Origin: Verrucomicrobiaceae bacterium
GTDB taxonomy: Bacteria > Verrucomicrobiota > Verrucomicrobiia > Verrucomicrobiales > Verrucomicrobiaceae
Assembly: GCA_027483245.1 (NCBI GenBank)
Contig: JAIXVB010000279.1
Coordinates: 9,847-73,846 of the forward strand
Direction of reading: 5' to 3'
Length of the DNA: 64,000 nt
Made by a program: the position numbers and the translations under genes. A model generated the notes under the pieces. That model did no database searches, was not told the origin of the DNA, and worked only from the letters and a program-made list of their open reading frames with translations. Below are positions 29,384-38,584 of this stretch, in pieces; positions within the stretch are counted from its first letter, which is position 1, and each line of letters begins with the position of its first letter.

Positions 29384-30319
29384 TCAAACGTTGTAGGCCG
29401 GAAGAATCCAGACCTTCTTTCCTGAGCACGTTTCCCAGCACTGTCGGAATGCATCGTCCTGGACCAGAAGTTCCGATGCGACGGCGAACAGGAACATTTT
29501 TGACTCGCCGTTCTTGAAGGTTGATGCTGTTGCCTGTTGAAGAGAAAAGAGCCGCCTCCTGGATTCGGCCACCACCAGCACACGAAAGGCGGGAATCTGA
29601 AACCTGCTCCACAGGACCCCTTGTCGGCGTGTTTCCTTGTATGAAAGGATTTTGCGATGGAATGAGGATTGGGATATCCCCTTACGAATAACAGGCATGG
29701 TGCCCCGATCCACCTCCATGATGTAATATTGCGGTTCACTATCAGGAGACTGAAGAGAAAAGGCCCCGTCAGGAATCTGCCAAGCTTTCAGAATTTCGTG
29801 CCCTGGTTTCAGAGTAACGGACCATTTCAAGCGCACAGACCGTCGATCTGGTGCAGACTGCCCAAACGGCCATTCCTGGGGCCAACGAATGGTCAATGCC
29901 CTTGCAGTCGCTGCAGCTTCCATTGCAACCAGAACGTCGGTAACCCGCAAGGAATGGGAGAGTGACAAGGCTACAGTGGTCCCTTTCTGGTTCGGCAAGG
30001 ACTGGACTTGATAAGACGCATGCTCGCTCAGCGCCTTCAATCCTCGTTTGGTCAGGCAATAAACGATCATCTGCCCGATGTTGTCTCGGATATACATCTG
30101 CTGGACTGGCCGATCCAGAAAGCCAGCATGGAACAATCTTCCAAGTCGGCGGACCAAATGCTGACGGCTTCCAGGAAGGAGCTTTAGCAGGTGATGAGAC
30201 TGAAGAAACCGAAGGCGACCGACGGCTGAGAGGATGCCGAGATCTCGATCTGTGAGAATGAGACGGCCGCTATCAGTGACGCGTTTGAATCGTGGCTTCC
30301 TTGGCCGCGATTGATGCAT
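29384..30319 (-). CDS. Replication-relaxation (Replic_Relax) family protein
   Basis: LTDRDLGIL..RFL...YCLTKRG...HSLRVTDV...PDGAF...MEVDRGTM. Confidence 0.82.
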   Translation of the reverse strand: MHQSRPRKPRFKRVTDSGRLILTDRDLGILSAVGRLRFLQSHHLLKLLPGSRQHLVRRLGRLFHAGFLDRPVQQMYIRDNIGQMIVYCLTKRGLKALSEHASYQVQSLPNQKGTTVALSLSHSLRVTDVLVAMEAAATARALTIRWPQEWPFGQSAPDRRSVRLKWSVTLKPGHEILKAWQIPDGAFSLQSPDSEPQYYIMEVDRGTMPVIRKGISQSSFHRKILSYKETRRQGVLWSRFQIPAFRVLVVAESRRRLFSLQQATASTFKNGESKMFLFAVASELLVQDDAFRQCWETCSGKKVWILPAYNV

Positions 30320-30359
30320 TCATCCATTTTAACACAAATTCAGTTTCAGCGTTGCTCAG

Positions 30360-31634
30360 TTATTTTTGACCTGACCAGCGTCTCAGTTTCCTCTCCACTT
30401 GCAGACGGGGACTGCAGAACCGCTGTCGGCTTCGAGTCATGCTCGAACCGCGGTGTCCTTTAGCGACCAATATTAGCGGAACCACGGAGACGCGAATCGG
30501 CTGCATTGTTCCCTCAGCAGGGCGCACAAGCACCGTGAAAGTCGGCAGCTCGGCAAACAGACCGGGAGCCATCGAGTGGCCATAATTTGCAGCCATCACC
30601 TCCGCGTCCTCACCTGATACCCGGAATGTAAAAATGCTGCCCGCATTACCCAACACCGCCTCCCGCATTAGAGGTGATAACTGACCAAGAAACTGATGGG
30701 CCATGAGGAGCTGAATACCGAATTTTCGCGACTCCGAAAGCACCGTCGCCATGGCGTCAGACAGGAAGCCATGGGCTTCATCCAGGATGAGTGTGAATGG
30801 TTTCCGTTCAGAAATGGGCATTGAACCGCGCTCCATCGCCACGGCTGCAATGGAGGCAGTGAGAAGCGCCCCAAGAAGCCGCGCTGCATCTTCACCCAGT
30901 TTACCTTTGTCGAGATTGACCACCAGGATCTTACCTTCATCCAGAACCGCCCGCAGGTTCACCTTCATCTTCACCTGGCCCAGCGAATGCCGCACGGGTG
31001 GAAAGGCCGCGAGCTGGCCGAGCTTGTTCAAGACAGGAGCAATGGCTTCCGTCCGAAACCGTTTGTCCCAGGCCTCATATTCGCGCTCCCAGAATGCACG
31101 TATGAATGGATCGCGACATTGGCGGACAGCCCAGGCGCGATAAACATCGTCGGTCAGGAGCCTTGGGAGGGCGATGAGGCTCGTGTTCTGGCAGTCAATG
31201 AGCACCCGCAGCGAATGATACAAAACATGCTCAAGCCTTGGCCCCCAGCTTTGGGACCACAGGTGCCTGAACGCTGACACCAGAGCCGAAGCCAGACGCG
31301 GTCTCGCCTCCAATGGCACTGAATCTGAAACAAAATTCAGGGAGGGGGCATACTCCTCATCCCCGAAGTTGAGGTAAATCACGTCGTCAAGCCGGGACCT
31401 GGGAACCGCATCCAGCGTCCAGGTCGCAAGATCGCCGTGCGGATCAAAAACGCCCACCCCTTGACCGGCCTGGATCAGCCCGTCAATGAGAAGCTGAAGC
31501 AGCGTGGACTTACCGGTACCGCTCTTGCCCAGGACATAGGCGTGACGCGACAGCTCCGCCAGAGGCAGAAAATAGGGAACTTTGAAACCGCCATAGGTAT
31601 GGCGGTGGCCGAGGAAAATGGAATCATCATTCAT
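30360..31634 (-). CDS. Second VirD4/TraD-like coupling ATPase
   Basis: RHAYVLGKSGTGKST, LILDEAHGF, SESRKFGIQLLMAHQ; start placed at ATG 31634. Confidence 0.82.
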   Translation of the reverse strand: MNDDSIFLGHRHTYGGFKVPYFLPLAELSRHAYVLGKSGTGKSTLLQLLIDGLIQAGQGVGVFDPHGDLATWTLDAVPRSRLDDVIYLNFGDEEYAPSLNFVSDSVPLEARPRLASALVSAFRHLWSQSWGPRLEHVLYHSLRVLIDCQNTSLIALPRLLTDDVYRAWAVRQCRDPFIRAFWEREYEAWDKRFRTEAIAPVLNKLGQLAAFPPVRHSLGQVKMKVNLRAVLDEGKILVVNLDKGKLGEDAARLLGALLTASIAAVAMERGSMPISERKPFTLILDEAHGFLSDAMATVLSESRKFGIQLLMAHQFLGQLSPLMREAVLGNAGSIFTFRVSGEDAEVMAANYGHSMAPGLFAELPTFTVLVRPAEGTMQPIRVSVVPLILVAKGHRGSSMTRSRQRFCSPRLQVERKLRRWSGQK

Positions 31635-31790
31635 ATCGGAGGCGGCCGCCCTCGCCCGAAGCTCATCCGTCCCATCGTGAAGATTGGAAGAGCCAGAAGG
31701 CCAGCATGCTTTTTGTTGAAGAGCCGGTTGGGAGAGAGGCTGTCGCCGATACCGAAGCCGGAGCTTCGGAGCAAAGGACAAGCCCCCCTT

Positions 31791-31799
31791 ATTATACCA
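31791..31799 (-). promoter_or_regulatory. Extended -10 promoter for the ATPase-relaxase operon
   Basis: Minus strand TGGTATAAT matches TGnTATAAT; hairpin CCGAAGC-CGGA-GCTTCGG (31752-31769) lies just downstream. Confidence 0.5.
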
Positions 31800-31844
31800 G
31801 TTTTAGAAACCGTCGTTGACCCCGTACACCAGTTACCACGTCGT

Positions 31845-31868
31845 CACCCGTTCATCCGTTCACCCGTT
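31845..31868. repeat. Three tandem 8-bp iteron-like repeats
   Basis: CACCCGTT CATCCGTT CACCCGTT. Confidence 0.65.
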
Positions 31869-31892
31869 AAAAAACCCGTGGATCATGCAGCC

Positions 31893-32478
31893 GCCTTGGG
31901 CGGGTTGAATCCGTCAAGGCAGGGGCCGGGCTTAACCCCGGCTGCTGCCACACCCCGTCAGGGAAAAACGTTGGGGCAGAGGTGGGCCGCAGGCACAGGC
32001 TTGAGCGGAGGCCTGGCGCAGCGGCCGTATTCAAGCCTGTGGCTGTGGAGGGTGGGGGAGCGGAAACCTTCGTTAAACCCGTCGTCTCGCCAAGCGAGAA
32101 TCCTTCGTTGAACTCGTTCCCCACGTGTCGTGCCCGCCTCGCGGGCCGACTTCCACAGAAGGGCGATGTCCTTGACGCGATAGCGCTCCGGACTCGCCTG
32201 ATAACCTTGGGCTTCTGTGGAAGTCGGGCCGTGAGGCCGACACGTGGGAAGTCGTTTCGCCCTTTGTTATCAAAGGGAAACCGCCATGGGCGGTGTCGTT
32301 GCCCCGACATACCGGGTATGTCGTCCCGATTGTCGGGGCAGCCGTTCTCCGCCATCCACAGCCAGCCTGTTGACAGCAGGCGGGCAAGTACGGTGTACTG
32401 CGAATGTCCGATAGGACGGGCACCTTGACAAATCGCTGCAAAAGATGCGAAAACATAGGGATCAGGTATCCCTGATCC
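31893..32478. other. Hairpin-dense non-coding region (origin or large structured RNA candidate)
   Basis: At least nine stems, e.g. ACAGGCTTGA/TCAAGCCTGT, arms 32117-32161/32212-32250, TGCCCCGACA/TGTCGGGGCA, GGATCAGG-TATC-CCTGATCC. Confidence 0.6.
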
Positions 32479-32541
32479 AGACCTCGGGGAAGACGGCCAA
32501 CCGCTTCCTTCTGGGCCTTTTATTGGTCTAACAAGACATCA

Positions 32542-33474
32542 ATGTACATCACTTACGCCCGACGGGCCGGAGATTTCAAACCCGCCGTCGTCACCCCGGT
32601 TGTCTCGGACAACCGGATGCTTATCAACGAATACCTGGCCTGGAAAGCCACTCATACCCGTTCAGCAGGCGAAAAATACGCCCTCTGGGTAACCCGCTTC
32701 CAGGAATTCACAAACAAAGCGCCCGAGGATTTGGTCATTGGCGATTGGACCGCCTTTGCTTCCAGCCTGAATGGGCGCTTTGCTCCGAAGTCCGTGGAAT
32801 TTGCGTTGAGCATCATCCACAACTACCTCCGCTACTGGCATGAGCAGGGCAGGCTTCGGCTGCCATTGTACCTCGCCCGTATCCCGACAGCCAGGGCTCA
32901 CTCGCATGAAGCCATCAGCGAGGAAGAATACCGACGGCTGCTAGACGTGCTGAAGGCTGAGGAACACCTGCGCGACCTCGCAATCGTCAGACTGCTCCAC
33001 GACACCGGCATGCGGGTGGGGGAACTGGAATCCCTGGAAATCGAGCAGATCGAGGAAGACAGCTCGGCGGTCATTGACACGGAAAAGACTGTCCGCCGTC
33101 GCCGGGTCTTCTGGAACCAGGACACCGATGAAGTTCTTCAGCGCTACCTGGTGAACCGGATCAATGATGGACCCGAAAGTGACTGGCTCTTCGCGGGACG
33201 CACTCCCGGCAAAGACCATCTCAACCGGCGAACCATCGAACGGATGATCAGGGACACGTGCGAAAGAGCCGGAATCACACGGAGGCTGACGCCGCACTCC
33301 TTCCGGCACGCCTTCATCCACCGCATGGCCGCACTGGGAACGCCGGATGCGATCATCGCCCAGCTGGTAGGGCACAGCACCCCGAATACGATTTCGCACT
33401 ACACGAAGCTGTCCAGGCCTGAAGCCGAGCGATTTGCCAGGCTCCAGTTCAGCCATCTGGCGCTGGCAGCCTAA
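32542..33474 (+). CDS. Tyrosine recombinase/integrase (XerC/D-like)
   Basis: LRDLAIVRLLHDTGMRVGEL, TPHSFRHAF, LVGHS..TISHYT: complete R-H-R-H-Y set. Confidence 0.93.
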   Translation: MYITYARRAGDFKPAVVTPVVSDNRMLINEYLAWKATHTRSAGEKYALWVTRFQEFTNKAPEDLVIGDWTAFASSLNGRFAPKSVEFALSIIHNYLRYWHEQGRLRLPLYLARIPTARAHSHEAISEEEYRRLLDVLKAEEHLRDLAIVRLLHDTGMRVGELESLEIEQIEEDSSAVIDTEKTVRRRRVFWNQDTDEVLQRYLVNRINDGPESDWLFAGRTPGKDHLNRRTIERMIRDTCERAGITRRLTPHSFRHAFIHRMAALGTPDAIIAQLVGHSTPNTISHYTKLSRPEAERFARLQFSHLALAA

Positions 33475-33495
33475 AGCCGGTGGTCGCGGCTCCAG

Positions 33496-33504
33496 TTATC
33501 CACA
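33496..33504 (+). promoter_or_regulatory. DnaA box
   Basis: Perfect TTATCCACA shortly after the integrase stop. Confidence 0.4.
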
Positions 33505-33515
33505 GTCTCACCCTC

Positions 33516-33545
33516 TGTACAAGAGGCAGGGCATCCAGCTATAAT
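33516..33545 (+). promoter_or_regulatory. Putative sigma70 promoter for rep-ardC
   Basis: TGTACA-18 nt-TATAAT. Confidence 0.45.
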
Positions 33546-33573
33546 TCCAGACAGTTTCTTTTCCCTTCCGCAT

Positions 33574-33727
33574 TGGTCGCGACCACCCCTCAAACCGAGG
33601 GGACAAAGCCTACGGCATTGATGTCGCACAATGAGACTTTCCGCTCGTCAAGATTGACGGAACGAAAAGGCAGTGATCGGAAAGAAACGGCTCCGGTGCA
33701 GCTCGAACGAAAGTTCAGGCAAACCGG
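33574..33727 (+). ncRNA. Candidate structured leader or small RNA
   Basis: Stems CCCCT/AGGGG, CATTG/CAATG, CGTCA-AGAT-TGACG, and CCGGT/ACCGG enclosing GAAC-GAAA-GTTC (GNRA loop); 12-bp palindrome TGGTCGCGACCA. Confidence 0.35.
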
Positions 33728-34049
33728 TTCACGGTCGAATTACTCATTCTACTAACTTACCCGCCCCATGCGACAGCAGGAGCTCGAATACATTCCGGTC
33801 GGCCAGGACAGGCCACAACATTTCCCAACAATACGTGGCTTCCTTTTGAAATGGTTGTGTGCCTGGCTTGGCGATCCGTGCATGAAATGTTCCTGCGATA
33901 AAACGTCGCGGGGTGGGGAGGTAGCGGAACACATCATCGAATTTTAGCAGTCCCAGGCCTGAGAGCACCGCTGCATTTTGCTGGCCGGAAAGGCACGCCA
34001 TCCGGCTGGGTGCAGAAGCTCTCATGCATGGCACTGGGAATGAACCATC

Positions 34050-34565
34050 ATGGCCAAACAACGGATCGTAAACACACGCTTCTGGGACGATTCCTACATT
34101 GCCCTGCTGAGTCCGCATGAAAAACTGCTGTTCCTCTACCTTCTCACCTCGCCTTTGACGACAATTGCGGGAGTCTATGAACTGCCCATAAAGCGGGCGG
34201 TGTTCGACACTGGACTTACCCTTGAAGAGATTACGCAAGGCTTCGCCAAACTGGAGCAGGACGGCAAGATCCTGCGGCAGGACGACTGGGTGGCCATCGT
34301 CAACTTCGTCCGGCATCAGACCCTCAACCCCAAGGTCCGGACGGGCATCGTCCTGGAGATGACCCGCTCGCCAAGGGAACTGGTCAAACGCCTGCCCGAG
34401 AGTGTCCAGGCAGTCCTCATGCAGTCCGATAGGCTATCGCATTCTAATTCCAATCCTAATTTGAATTCAAATTCCAAAGGGGAGCGGCCGGAGTCCCCTG
34501 CCCCGGCCTTCCCGACGGACATCCGCAGCGAGATTCATGAGATTCTGGGGAGGAGGCGGCTTTGA
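34050..34565 (+). CDS. Phage-type replication initiator / replisome-organiser-like protein
   Basis: RIVNTRFWDD...KLLFLYLLTSP...GVYELPIKRAVFDTGL; SNSNPNLNSNS linker. Confidence 0.62.
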   Translation: MAKQRIVNTRFWDDSYIALLSPHEKLLFLYLLTSPLTTIAGVYELPIKRAVFDTGLTLEEITQGFAKLEQDGKILRQDDWVAIVNFVRHQTLNPKVRTGIVLEMTRSPRELVKRLPESVQAVLMQSDRLSHSNSNPNLNSNSKGERPESPAPAFPTDIRSEIHEILGRRRL

Positions 34566-34646
34566 CCGCCCCTCCCGGTGAAGGTCGGCCTGAAGTCCGG
34601 TTCACGGTGAAGTGGACTTCAACTGACCCTCACAAGCATCCATGCA

Positions 34647-35543
34647 ATGAAAACAGCAAAATCAAAAGCCGAATCAGGCGAAATCCAAAGACCGGACACC
34701 TACCAAGCGGTGACCGACACCATTCTGAAGAAACTCGAAGAAGGCGTCGTCCCGTGGCGCTGCCCCTGGGACAAGAAAGTCGGCAGGCCGCGCAACTTCG
34801 CCAGCCAGCGCGACTACCAGGGAATCAACGTCATGCTGCTCGGAGTGAAGCGATTTGCATCGCCTTACTGGCTGACCATGCGCCAGGCCAACGACCTTGG
34901 AGGCCAGGTGCGGAAAGGCGAGCACGGCACGCTCATCGTCAAATACGGACGCCATGAGCGGCGAACCAAAGGCAAGGAGGAGGAAACCAAAGCGGTGTAT
35001 TATCTCCGGGGCTACACAGTCTTCAACGCCCTTCAGATCGAAGGTGTGGAGTTTCCGGGAGCTGAAGAGCAGCAACCGGCGGCGAACGAACTGCGGATTG
35101 AATCCGCCGAACGGATCATTGCCCAGATGCCAAACAAGCCGACCCTCAAGGAAGGCAAGACCGTCAGGGCCTGCTATCGCGTCAGCACCGACACGATTGA
35201 AATGCCCGCGCGCTCCCGCTTCGAGAGCCCGGAGAGTTACCACCTCGTCCTCTTCCATGAGATCATCCACGCCACCGGCCATGAAAGCCGGCTGAACCGG
35301 AAGAGTCTCATGGGAGCGACGGGTGCCGTGATGACCGAATATTCCAAAGAGGAGCTTGTGGCCGAAATGGGCTCGGCGTTCCTCGGCATGGAGGCAGGCA
35401 TCGTTCAGGATGAGCATGAGCAATCCGCCGCTTATATCCAATGCTGGCTGGACACACTCCGCGAGCCGAACCGCAAACGCTGGATCGTGGAAGCGGCAAG
35501 CCTCGCGGCAAAAGCCGCCAATCATGTGCTGGCCATTGAATAG
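34647..35543 (+). CDS. ardC: ArdC family ssDNA-binding antirestriction protein
   Basis: EEGVVPWRCPW, YQGINVMLL, YWLTMRQA..LGGQVRKGEHG, FHEIIHATGH (HExxH), EELVAEMGS. Confidence 0.92.
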   Translation: MKTAKSKAESGEIQRPDTYQAVTDTILKKLEEGVVPWRCPWDKKVGRPRNFASQRDYQGINVMLLGVKRFASPYWLTMRQANDLGGQVRKGEHGTLIVKYGRHERRTKGKEEETKAVYYLRGYTVFNALQIEGVEFPGAEEQQPAANELRIESAERIIAQMPNKPTLKEGKTVRACYRVSTDTIEMPARSRFESPESYHLVLFHEIIHATGHESRLNRKSLMGATGAVMTEYSKEELVAEMGSAFLGMEAGIVQDEHEQSAAYIQCWLDTLREPNRKRWIVEAASLAAKAANHVLAIE

Positions 35544-35558
35544 TTCCTTCAACTCAAC

Positions 35559-35594
35559 AACCCCTCCGATGCATTCATCGCGAGGGGTTTTTTT
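35559..35594 (+). terminator. Intrinsic terminator after ardC
   Basis: AACCCCTC-CGATG-CATT-CATCG-C-GAGGGGTT followed by a T-run. Confidence 0.8.
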
Positions 35595-35605
35595 GTTGCT
35601 GCGAG

Positions 35606-35986
35606 TCAGGGCAGGCCTTTTTTCATTTCCTCGTTGAGATTGAGGCCATCGGCCCAGACCACCGCAAGATAGCGCCCGTACTTCTCCTTCTTGTCCTTGA
35701 CGGTCTGCACGACGATTTCGCTGCGGTCCGCCAGCAAGGCGCGAAGCTTCGCCGCCCACCGGAGGCCGTCCTCCTTTTCAGGGCCGCGCACCTCAGGGGC
35801 CTCCACATCCAGCAGGCGCAGGCTCTGGTTGTGCATCCACACCCCGAAGCCCAGGTCGATATGCATCACCACGGTGTCGCCATCGATGACACGCACGAGT
35901 TCCGCCCGGTAGACGTAGCTCGGCTGGGGGGATTCCTGGGCAGGAGCGGCCAGCGCCAGCAGCAGGAGGCAGAAAAACGTTTTCAT
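35606..35986 (-). CDS. Secreted thermonuclease (SNase) family protein
   Basis: Signal MKTFFCLLLLALAAPA; RVIDGDTV, LRLLDVEAPE, KYGRYLAVV. Confidence 0.88.
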   Translation of the reverse strand: MKTFFCLLLLALAAPAQESPQPSYVYRAELVRVIDGDTVVMHIDLGFGVWMHNQSLRLLDVEAPEVRGPEKEDGLRWAAKLRALLADRSEIVVQTVKDKKEKYGRYLAVVWADGLNLNEEMKKGLP

Positions 35987-36108
35987 GATCAGAATGAAAA
36001 AGCCGGTATTTCGAGACGCAGCGCCGGGATCGAGTGGATGAGGCATCGGACCAGCATAGGAATGAGAGGCATCTCCTTTCCCATCATCCGATATGCTACA
36101 ATGGGGCG

Positions 36109-36564
36109 ATGATCAAATCCTTGCAATGGCTGGCCATGCATGGCCGGGAAACCTTGGAAACGGCGGCCCTGGTTTTTAGCCTCTTCTTCACGGCGGTTTC
36201 CTTCCGGGCGGACACGAAGGAGAGGCGGATTTCCAACCTGATGGCGCTGGCCGGAAGCCACCGCGAGCTGTGGCTGCACGCGGGCGAGAACCCAAAGCTC
36301 GCACGGGTCCTGAAACCCGACCCGGATCTGAAAAAGCATCCGGTGACGGCGGCGGAACGGCGGTTTGTCCATCTTCTCATCACGCATCTAGCGGTCAGCC
36401 ATGCCGCGCTCAGGCACGGCGTGCTGCCGGGCCTTTCTGGCCTGGAGAAGGACGTCTGCCATTTCTTTTCGCTGCCGATCCCCAGGGAGGTGTGGACCTG
36501 GAGCCGGGAGTTCCAGGATCCGAAGTTTGTCCGTTTTATCGAGAGCTGCCTGGCACCCGAATGA
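36109..36564 (+). CDS. Hypothetical protein with N-terminal membrane helix
   Basis: ETAALVFSLFFTAVSF followed by a helical domain; start placed at ATG 36109. Confidence 0.6.
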   Translation: MIKSLQWLAMHGRETLETAALVFSLFFTAVSFRADTKERRISNLMALAGSHRELWLHAGENPKLARVLKPDPDLKKHPVTAAERRFVHLLITHLAVSHAALRHGVLPGLSGLEKDVCHFFSLPIPREVWTWSREFQDPKFVRFIESCLAPE

Positions 36565-36590
36565 CGCTCCGTTGTCCACAGTCAGGTGAT

Positions 36591-36620
36591 TTGACAGCAA
36601 GGGCTCGGAGGAAGTACACT
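36591..36620 (+). promoter_or_regulatory. Sigma70 promoter of sRNA copy A
   Basis: TTGACA-18 nt-TACACT, 6 nt before the repeat start. Confidence 0.7.
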
Positions 36621-36626
36621 GATACT

Positions 36627-36699
36627 GAAATCGCCGCCGCCCCGACACTGCCTCCGTATGGAGGTCTTTCCGAAAGGATAGGGGCGGTGGTTTTTATTT
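36627..36699 (+). ncRNA. 73-nt structured sRNA candidate, copy A
   Basis: 68/73 identical to 38932-39004; closing stem CCGCCGCCCC/GGGGCGGTGG, inner hairpins CCTCC-GTAT-GGAGG and CTTT-CCG-AAAG, ends TTTTTATTT. Confidence 0.72.
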
Positions 36700-36907
36700 T
36701 CTCCATGGCCGGCTTGGGCCGGGTGACGCCTGGCGCATGAAAACAAGGCTCCTGTCGTCACATAATCCGATCCTGGTTAAAAACTTCTTTCGTCTCCGGC
36801 GTGCCCGGCAGATTCTATCCGCCAACTCCCTGCGGTGGCAACATCGCGGGGAGTTGGTTTACAGGTCCTTGGCATGGCGGCCCCCACCAAAGCCGGAGCA
36901 GGCCGCA

Positions 36908-38584
36908 TCATCCAAGGTGCGTTGAAAGCCGCAAAGCAAGGGCCACGAGCGTGCGCACCGGGTTGGCCGCCGAGCTGAGCGGCATCACGGACATGTCGCA
37001 GGCAAAGAGCCTCTGCGTGCCGACAACCCGTAGGTCTTCATCGACCACCGAGTCCGGCGCAAACGGTGCGTCCAGGCGGGGACGGTAGGGCATGCGCAGG
37101 CTTCCGACTGAGTGATGAACCGTGCCCCACCCGAAGCCTTTGCCTTCCTGTCCGAACCAGACGTTGGAAGCCGGACGGGCGGGCTGACCGTGGACCTCGA
37201 ACTGGGAAAAGATCTGGTGCGTCACATGGTTCAGGACGGCCCAGACATCATCCTTGTTCTTCTGCCAGCCAGCCAGGGCGCTGAACCGGGACTGGGCCAG
37301 ATAGTCAGCCCAGCTCTGGTTCCGGAAGACGATTTCCGGTACATACCCGTACGGCGGCGCCGGTTTGACTTCGTTGTTCTCATCCAGGCAGTTCCCGAAG
37401 CTGAACTTGATGTCAATTCTGGCGGTCCCGGCGGGCGGAGGCTGCGCGGTGCCATCGGCGTCGTTCTCACGCAGATGCCAGTATTCATGATTCAAGTTCA
37501 TTTCAACATTGAAGGGGTAGCGGATCTGGTTGTTCCCGTCACGCAGCCCGCGCGAGTAGAAGATGATCTTGGCATGGTCGGCAGGCCCCAGGGCGACATT
37601 GCCGATCCGGGTCACGAACGTCGTGATCTCATTGGATGTCGGATGGTCGGTGAGGCCGCGTCCCACGAGGCTCTTCACCCCCTCCGGGAGCGAAGGATAG
37701 AGGCTGGAGCGGCGAAGCAGCTTCGGGCTCTCGATCGAACCTCCGGCAAGCACGACCTTGTCCGCATGGAACGTCCGTGACTGGCCGCTCCGGGTGTTGC
37801 GCACAACGAGACCGACACGGCTGCCATGATCCTGCACGTCCTCGACGAAATGATTCAGCAGCAGATGCAGGCCCGGGCCGTCGCCGTGTCGCGAGCCCGG
37901 TGTCAGCCCCACCTGATTGACGAGCAACTCGGCGGTGTTGAACACGCCTGTCGGTTCGGTAAAGTACTTGTCCTTGGGCGTGCCATCATCTTCAAGATAA
38001 GGCTGGTGCAGGGCTCGGGGTGTTTCCTGGATGGAGAAGTCGGCTGCCAGCGGTGATTCCCGCAATCGGCTGACAACCGCCTGGGCCGCCGCTCCCAGCG
38101 ACAGGGATTCATTCATCGTGTCTCCCGCCCGGTTCAACAGCCCGCCCGACAACTCCTGCCGGACCTGCGGAGGAAAATACTCCAGCTCCCATCCCTGCAA
38201 TGCGGGAATAAGCCCTGACCAGAAGACCGACCGACCGCCGAAATTGAGCTGAGGCTTCTCGCCGATGTAATTCTGGCTGCCGCTGTCTCCAGCCTGCCAG
38301 AAGGTGTCGCAGCCGAAGTGCTTGGCGAGACTGCTGTTGGGGAACCTGCAGATGTTGTAGACGTGGGTGGGGTAGAGGAACGAACCGGCTTCGATAACGA
38401 GAATTCGCTTCTGCGAGCCCAGCCGGTCGGCGAGATCGTCGGCGAGCACGCCTCCGCCGATACCAGACCCGACGACGATGATGTCAAAATCATCACGCCC
38501 ACCCATGTATTGAAGGAAAAGGCGCTCCCTGGCAGCCGTCTCTTCGGAAACGAAGTTGGCGTAAGTGTTAGAACTGAAGCTCAT
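36908..38584 (-). CDS. GMC family flavin oxidoreductase (pyranose-oxidase-like)
   Basis: IIVVGSGIGGG..ILVIEAG, VVLAGGSIESPKLL, HHSVGSLRM, DMSVMP..AANP; start placed at ATG 38584. Confidence 0.87.
   Translation of the reverse strand: MSFSSNTYANFVSEETAARERLFLQYMGGRDDFDIIVVGSGIGGGVLADDLADRLGSQKRILVIEAGSFLYPTHVYNICRFPNSSLAKHFGCDTFWQAGDSGSQNYIGEKPQLNFGGRSVFWSGLIPALQGWELEYFPPQVRQELSGGLLNRAGDTMNESLSLGAAAQAVVSRLRESPLAADFSIQETPRALHQPYLEDDGTPKDKYFTEPTGVFNTAELLVNQVGLTPGSRHGDGPGLHLLLNHFVEDVQDHGSRVGLVVRNTRSGQSRTFHADKVVLAGGSIESPKLLRRSSLYPSLPEGVKSLVGRGLTDHPTSNEITTFVTRIGNVALGPADHAKIIFYSRGLRDGNNQIRYPFNVEMNLNHEYWHLRENDADGTAQPPPAGTARIDIKFSFGNCLDENNEVKPAPPYGYVPEIVFRNQSWADYLAQSRFSALAGWQKNKDDVWAVLNHVTHQIFSQFEVHGQPARPASNVWFGQEGKGFGWGTVHHSVGSLRMPYRPRLDAPFAPDSVVDEDLRVVGTQRLFACDMSVMPLSSAANPVRTLVALALRLSTHLG

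Noticed and set aside
32117-32250. Long hairpin as attC beside the tyrosine recombinase
   Set aside because: attC core boxes are absent and I see no IntI-specific insertion in the 310-aa recombinase.
33586-33730. c-di-GMP-I riboswitch (GGGACAAAGCC and GGCAAACC words)
   Set aside because: The words are in the wrong order and the GAAA tetraloop/receptor arrangement does not fit.
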